This document shows positions 45,148 to 47,285 of a DNA stretch of 47,285 nt, piece by piece. The notes under the pieces were generated by a model. It searched no databases. It saw only the letters and a list, made by a program, of their open reading frames with translations, and was not told the origin of the DNA. The DNA lies in the IMG/VR virus record IMGVR_UViG_3300002180_000019, positions 1 through 47,285 of that record; one strand, given 5' to 3'. How positions within the stretch are numbered: position 1 is the stretch's first letter; every line of letters begins with the position of its first letter. Both the position numbers and the translations under genes were made by a program. Origin of the DNA: a virus. Its lineage: Duplodnaviria > Caudoviricetes.

Positions 45148-45603
45148 TTATAACTTTGGTAAGTCGTCTGGACTGTCTTCATTTGCATCTAGACGTGCTT
45201 GCTCCTCTGGAGTTATATCAATAACTTCTTCCATGACTCCATCACGTTTTTCAAGCTGGACAAGATACCCTACAAGTCCTTTAATATCAGAAGGAAGACC
45301 TTCCATGACCTGCTCATTACTCTTAAGAGTTTTATACGTAAAAATTAAATCTTTCAGGGAAGCTTCTACGATTTTGTCTTCAGTTATAGCCTGGAGAATT
45401 TTGGCTTGCATTTCTGTGAGCTGAAGCGATTGAACAGCTCGATATTTTAAAAGGATTCCATGTTTCTGTTGGAGTTCTATGATCCTCTTTTTCAAAGTAG
45501 GAATAGAAACATCCAGAAGAGCTGCAGCTTCTGATTGTTTCAATCCCTGCTCTAGGACATCAAAAACTCTTTCAGGATCAAGCTCTTTGATAGGTCTACC
45601 CAT
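45148..45603 (-). CDS. terS: Putative terminase small subunit (HTH)
   Basis: MGRP start and HTH LKQSEAAALLDVSIPTLKKRI; upstream of terL; ATG 45603. Confidence 0.6.
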   Translation of the reverse strand: MGRPIKELDPERVFDVLEQGLKQSEAAALLDVSIPTLKKRIIELQQKHGILLKYRAVQSLQLTEMQAKILQAITEDKIVEASLKDLIFTYKTLKSNEQVMEGLPSDIKGLVGYLVQLEKRDGVMEEVIDITPEEQARLDANEDSPDDLPKL

Positions 45604-45616
45604 GTTTTGTTTCACC

Positions 45617-45635
45617 AGAAATGTCAAAAATTGAC
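45617..45635 (+). repeat. Dispersed 19-bp motif, copy 8
   Basis: AGAAATGTCAAAAATTGAC, intergenic. Confidence 0.88.
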
Positions 45636-45636
45636 A

Positions 45637-45960
45637 CTAAAAGGGTTTAGCAACTTTACCAGACTTCTTCAAAGCTTTTGGACTTTTAGACTCTAGCTTC
45701 ATCTGTTGAATCTGAATAGAGAGGCTCTTTCGAGGAGGATTATTATATCTTTCTGACATTGAAATCCTCTCTACTTTGCCCAGGGCAATGATACCAACTT
45801 TTGAGCCGATAGCAATCTTGCTAATATCTATCTTCAGTTTATCTATCTCTGGAGCATCAAGACTAATCTCAAGCCCATATGGGTAGGACTCTGAAGATTC
45901 GGCAGCAATCGGAGGAGAAGTCTTTTCCTTTGGTCTCTTTAAGTCTATTAAATTATTCAT
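45637..45960 (-). CDS. Capsid staple-like protein (epsilon15 gp10-like)
   Basis: YPYGLEISLD..EIDKL...G.KV...A.G.V...SLSIQI pattern. Confidence 0.55.
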   Translation of the reverse strand: MNNLIDLKRPKEKTSPPIAAESSESYPYGLEISLDAPEIDKLKIDISKIAIGSKVGIIALGKVERISMSERYNNPPRKSLSIQIQQMKLESKSPKALKKSGKVAKPF

Positions 45961-45966
45961 AGAGAT

Positions 45967-45995
45967 AGTATATCATGGTTGGCCGGGAATGTCAA
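45967..45995 (-). promoter_or_regulatory. Sigma70-type promoter of the late arm, probably leaderless
   Basis: Minus strand TTGACA-17 bp-TATACT, then 6 nt to ATG 45960; no SD sequence. Confidence 0.75.
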
Positions 45996-46007
45996 GGTGT
46001 TTTTTCC

Positions 46008-46021
46008 CGAACAAATGTTCG
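46008..46021. promoter_or_regulatory. GAAC-N4-GTTC palindrome (LexA/Cheo-box-like)
   Basis: CGAACAAATGTTCG, 12 bp upstream of the late -35; 13 of 14 identical to 7019-7032. Confidence 0.7.
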
Positions 46022-46102
46022 TATTCTTGTCTGGGCTTGTCCTTCAGGACTGGATTGAATTTTTTCTCGTGTGTAAAATGGGTGCTAGTCTTCTATAGGG
46101 CA

Positions 46103-46170
46103 AAGACCCCCCTTGGGGCTTGGGGGGGTATCTTGGTCATTATCGCCCCGCCTCCCCCCGTTCGCCTGGC
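46103..46170. other. GC-rich hairpin and C/G tracts in the divergent intergenic region
   Basis: ACCCCCC-TTGGGGCTTG-GGGGGGT followed by CGCCCCGCCTCCCCCCG in an AT-rich genome. Confidence 0.5.
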
Positions 46171-46209
46171 CGGTCCAGACACGTATTATAATGGTGATAC
46201 ATTTTTCGC

Positions 46210-46237
46210 TTGACATTATTATTTAATGTGGTATAAT
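46210..46237 (+). promoter_or_regulatory. Sigma70/SigA-type early promoter
   Basis: TTGACA-16 bp-TATAAT with TGTG extended -10; GAATACATGTTC at 46251-46262 just downstream. Confidence 0.8.
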
Positions 46238-46288
46238 GTGGACAATTAAAGAATACATGTTCATTAAAACTGTGTATTAAAAATGTTC

Positions 46289-46317
46289 ATTGAAAATTGA
46301 ATAAAGATGGATGTCCA
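46289..46317 (+). repeat. Left arm of 29-bp inverted repeat (partner 46843-46871)
   Basis: ATTGAAAATTGAATAAAGATGGATGTCCA; 26 of 29 complementary. Confidence 0.85.
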
Positions 46318-46335
46318 TAATAAGGAGACATTATT

Positions 46336-46821
46336 ATGGGTAAAAAAAGTGCGGCAAGTGAACAGATTATAGATGTACCAGCTATAGTCGAAACAAATCC
46401 AAATGAATCAAATTTAGTTGTAAGAGATTCAAAGCCACAGGTCCCTGGAAAGACTAGAATATCCTGGCGGATGACAAATACTAGTGCTATAGCTGAATTT
46501 AATGACATATTTAAGTCTAAACTTGAATTTAGTTTGACTGCATTATACGACAATTATAAACATTTGAATTTGATTCAAAGAACCATCATATTCTATGGCC
46601 TTAAACAAAAGTTATCCGATTCAATCGCTAGGCCCGATGATATGAAACTGACCGTGGAAGAGAAGGCAGAACAAATGAATCTGGTCTATAATCGATTAAA
46701 AGAGGGTAAATGGAATACCCAGGGCGAGGGTAAACAATCAATTAAAAAGAAAGCTGCGGAATTTGCAAAAACGGCAGACGAAAAGCAATTAGAGATGTTA
46801 AAAAAATTAGGTTTAATTTAA
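46336..46821 (+). CDS. Hypothetical protein, paralog of 7260-7622
   Basis: TAAGGAG RBS; YGLKQKLSDS...VYNRLKEGKWN...LKKLGL. Confidence 0.8.
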   Translation: MGKKSAASEQIIDVPAIVETNPNESNLVVRDSKPQVPGKTRISWRMTNTSAIAEFNDIFKSKLEFSLTALYDNYKHLNLIQRTIIFYGLKQKLSDSIARPDDMKLTVEEKAEQMNLVYNRLKEGKWNTQGEGKQSIKKKAAEFAKTADEKQLEMLKKLGLI

Positions 46822-46842
46822 TTTTAAATTTTAAATAAAATT

Positions 46843-46871
46843 TGGACATCCATTTTTATCCAGTTTTCAAT
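46843..46871 (-). repeat. Right arm of 29-bp inverted repeat
   Basis: TGGACATCCATTTTTATCCAGTTTTCAAT. Confidence 0.85.
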
Positions 46872-46892
46872 TCTATAAAAAGGAGAATATAA

Positions 46893-47030
46893 ATGAAACT
46901 AGATAAAAAGCTGGTTTATGAACTTAATATTGAAGTGGATAAAATGATGGACAAGTTTCATAAACTCCCAGTAGAAAAGCAAAAAAAGATTTATAAAATG
47001 ATAGCAAAGTGTTTTAAGCCACAAAAATAG
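46893..47030 (+). CDS. Small basic protein (45 aa), not in the ORF track
   Basis: AAAGGAG RBS; MKLDKKLVYELNIEVDKMMDKFHKLPVEKQKKIYKMIAKCFKPQK. Confidence 0.65.
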   Translation: MKLDKKLVYELNIEVDKMMDKFHKLPVEKQKKIYKMIAKCFKPQK

Positions 47031-47031
47031 T

Positions 47032-47050
47032 GTCAAAATTTGACGTTTCT
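47032..47050 (-). repeat. Dispersed 19-bp motif, copy 9 (the only clearly inverted copy)
   Basis: Reverse complement AGAAACGTCAAATTTTGAC. Confidence 0.85.
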
Positions 47051-47086
47051 TTGAAAATAATTAATTCAGATTCAAAAAAGTGAAAC

Positions 47087-47152
47087 GTGTACCGTGTAAT
47101 ATGTAATGGACCCCCTACCCGTTTTGACCATATTCAATTTGACTTTTCTTGG
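47087..47152 (-). repeat. Arm of imperfect inverted repeat (partner 174-238)
   Basis: Reverse complement CCAAGAAAAGTCAAATTGAATATGG...CATTACATATTACACGGTACAC; first 15 nt also match 149-163 exactly. Confidence 0.8.
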
Positions 47153-47162
47153 CCAAAGACCA

Positions 47163-47226
47163 GTATTATATGGTCAAAGTATTATATAGTCTAAGGACTT
47201 TATAGTCTAAGGTATGATTTTTCTAA
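47163..47226 (+). repeat. Four tandem 16-bp units
   Basis: GTATTATATGGTCAAA GTATTATATAGTCTAA GGACTTTATAGTCTAA GGTATGATTTTTCTAA. Confidence 0.75.
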
Positions 47227-47234
47227 GCGTTTTC

Positions 47235-47285
<51 letters not shown>

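Noticed and set aside
45989-46213. 74-aa ORF in the divergent intergenic region
   Set aside because: Overlaps two promoters and the GC hairpin, has no RBS and has atypical composition.

Overview
The window looks like an essentially complete ~47.2 kb tailed-phage genome (podovirus-like gene set) whose two ends overlap across a long poly-A run, so it was probably assembled as a circle. The + strand arm (46.3 kb, through the junction, to 16.6 kb) carries many small early genes, then a Cas4-like nuclease, a Sak4-like ATPase, an SSB-like protein, a ParB-methyltransferase fusion, a uracil-DNA-glycosylase/3'-5' exonuclease/PolA fusion and a P-loop helicase-like protein. The - strand arm (45.96 to 16.6 kb) carries small terminase, lysis genes, large terminase, a 7.4 kb accessory island, P22-like portal, scaffold, major capsid protein, tail parts and large internal virion proteins. 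I saw no integrase, CI-like repressor, primase, RNA polymerase, tRNA, reverse transcriptase or CRISPR array. The most unusual signals are non-coding: (1) a 19-bp motif AGAAAnGTCAAAnnTYRAC in 9 clear copies plus 1 degenerate copy, nearly all at gene junctions, with fixed strand polarity regardless of transcription direction; (2) an inverted-repeat-bracketed repeat/poly-A locus at the junction; (3) GAAC-N4-GTTC (Gram-positive LexA-box-like) sites at three promoters; (4) a 29-bp long-range stem enclosing exactly one gene. All product calls come from motif recognition by eye, not database searches.
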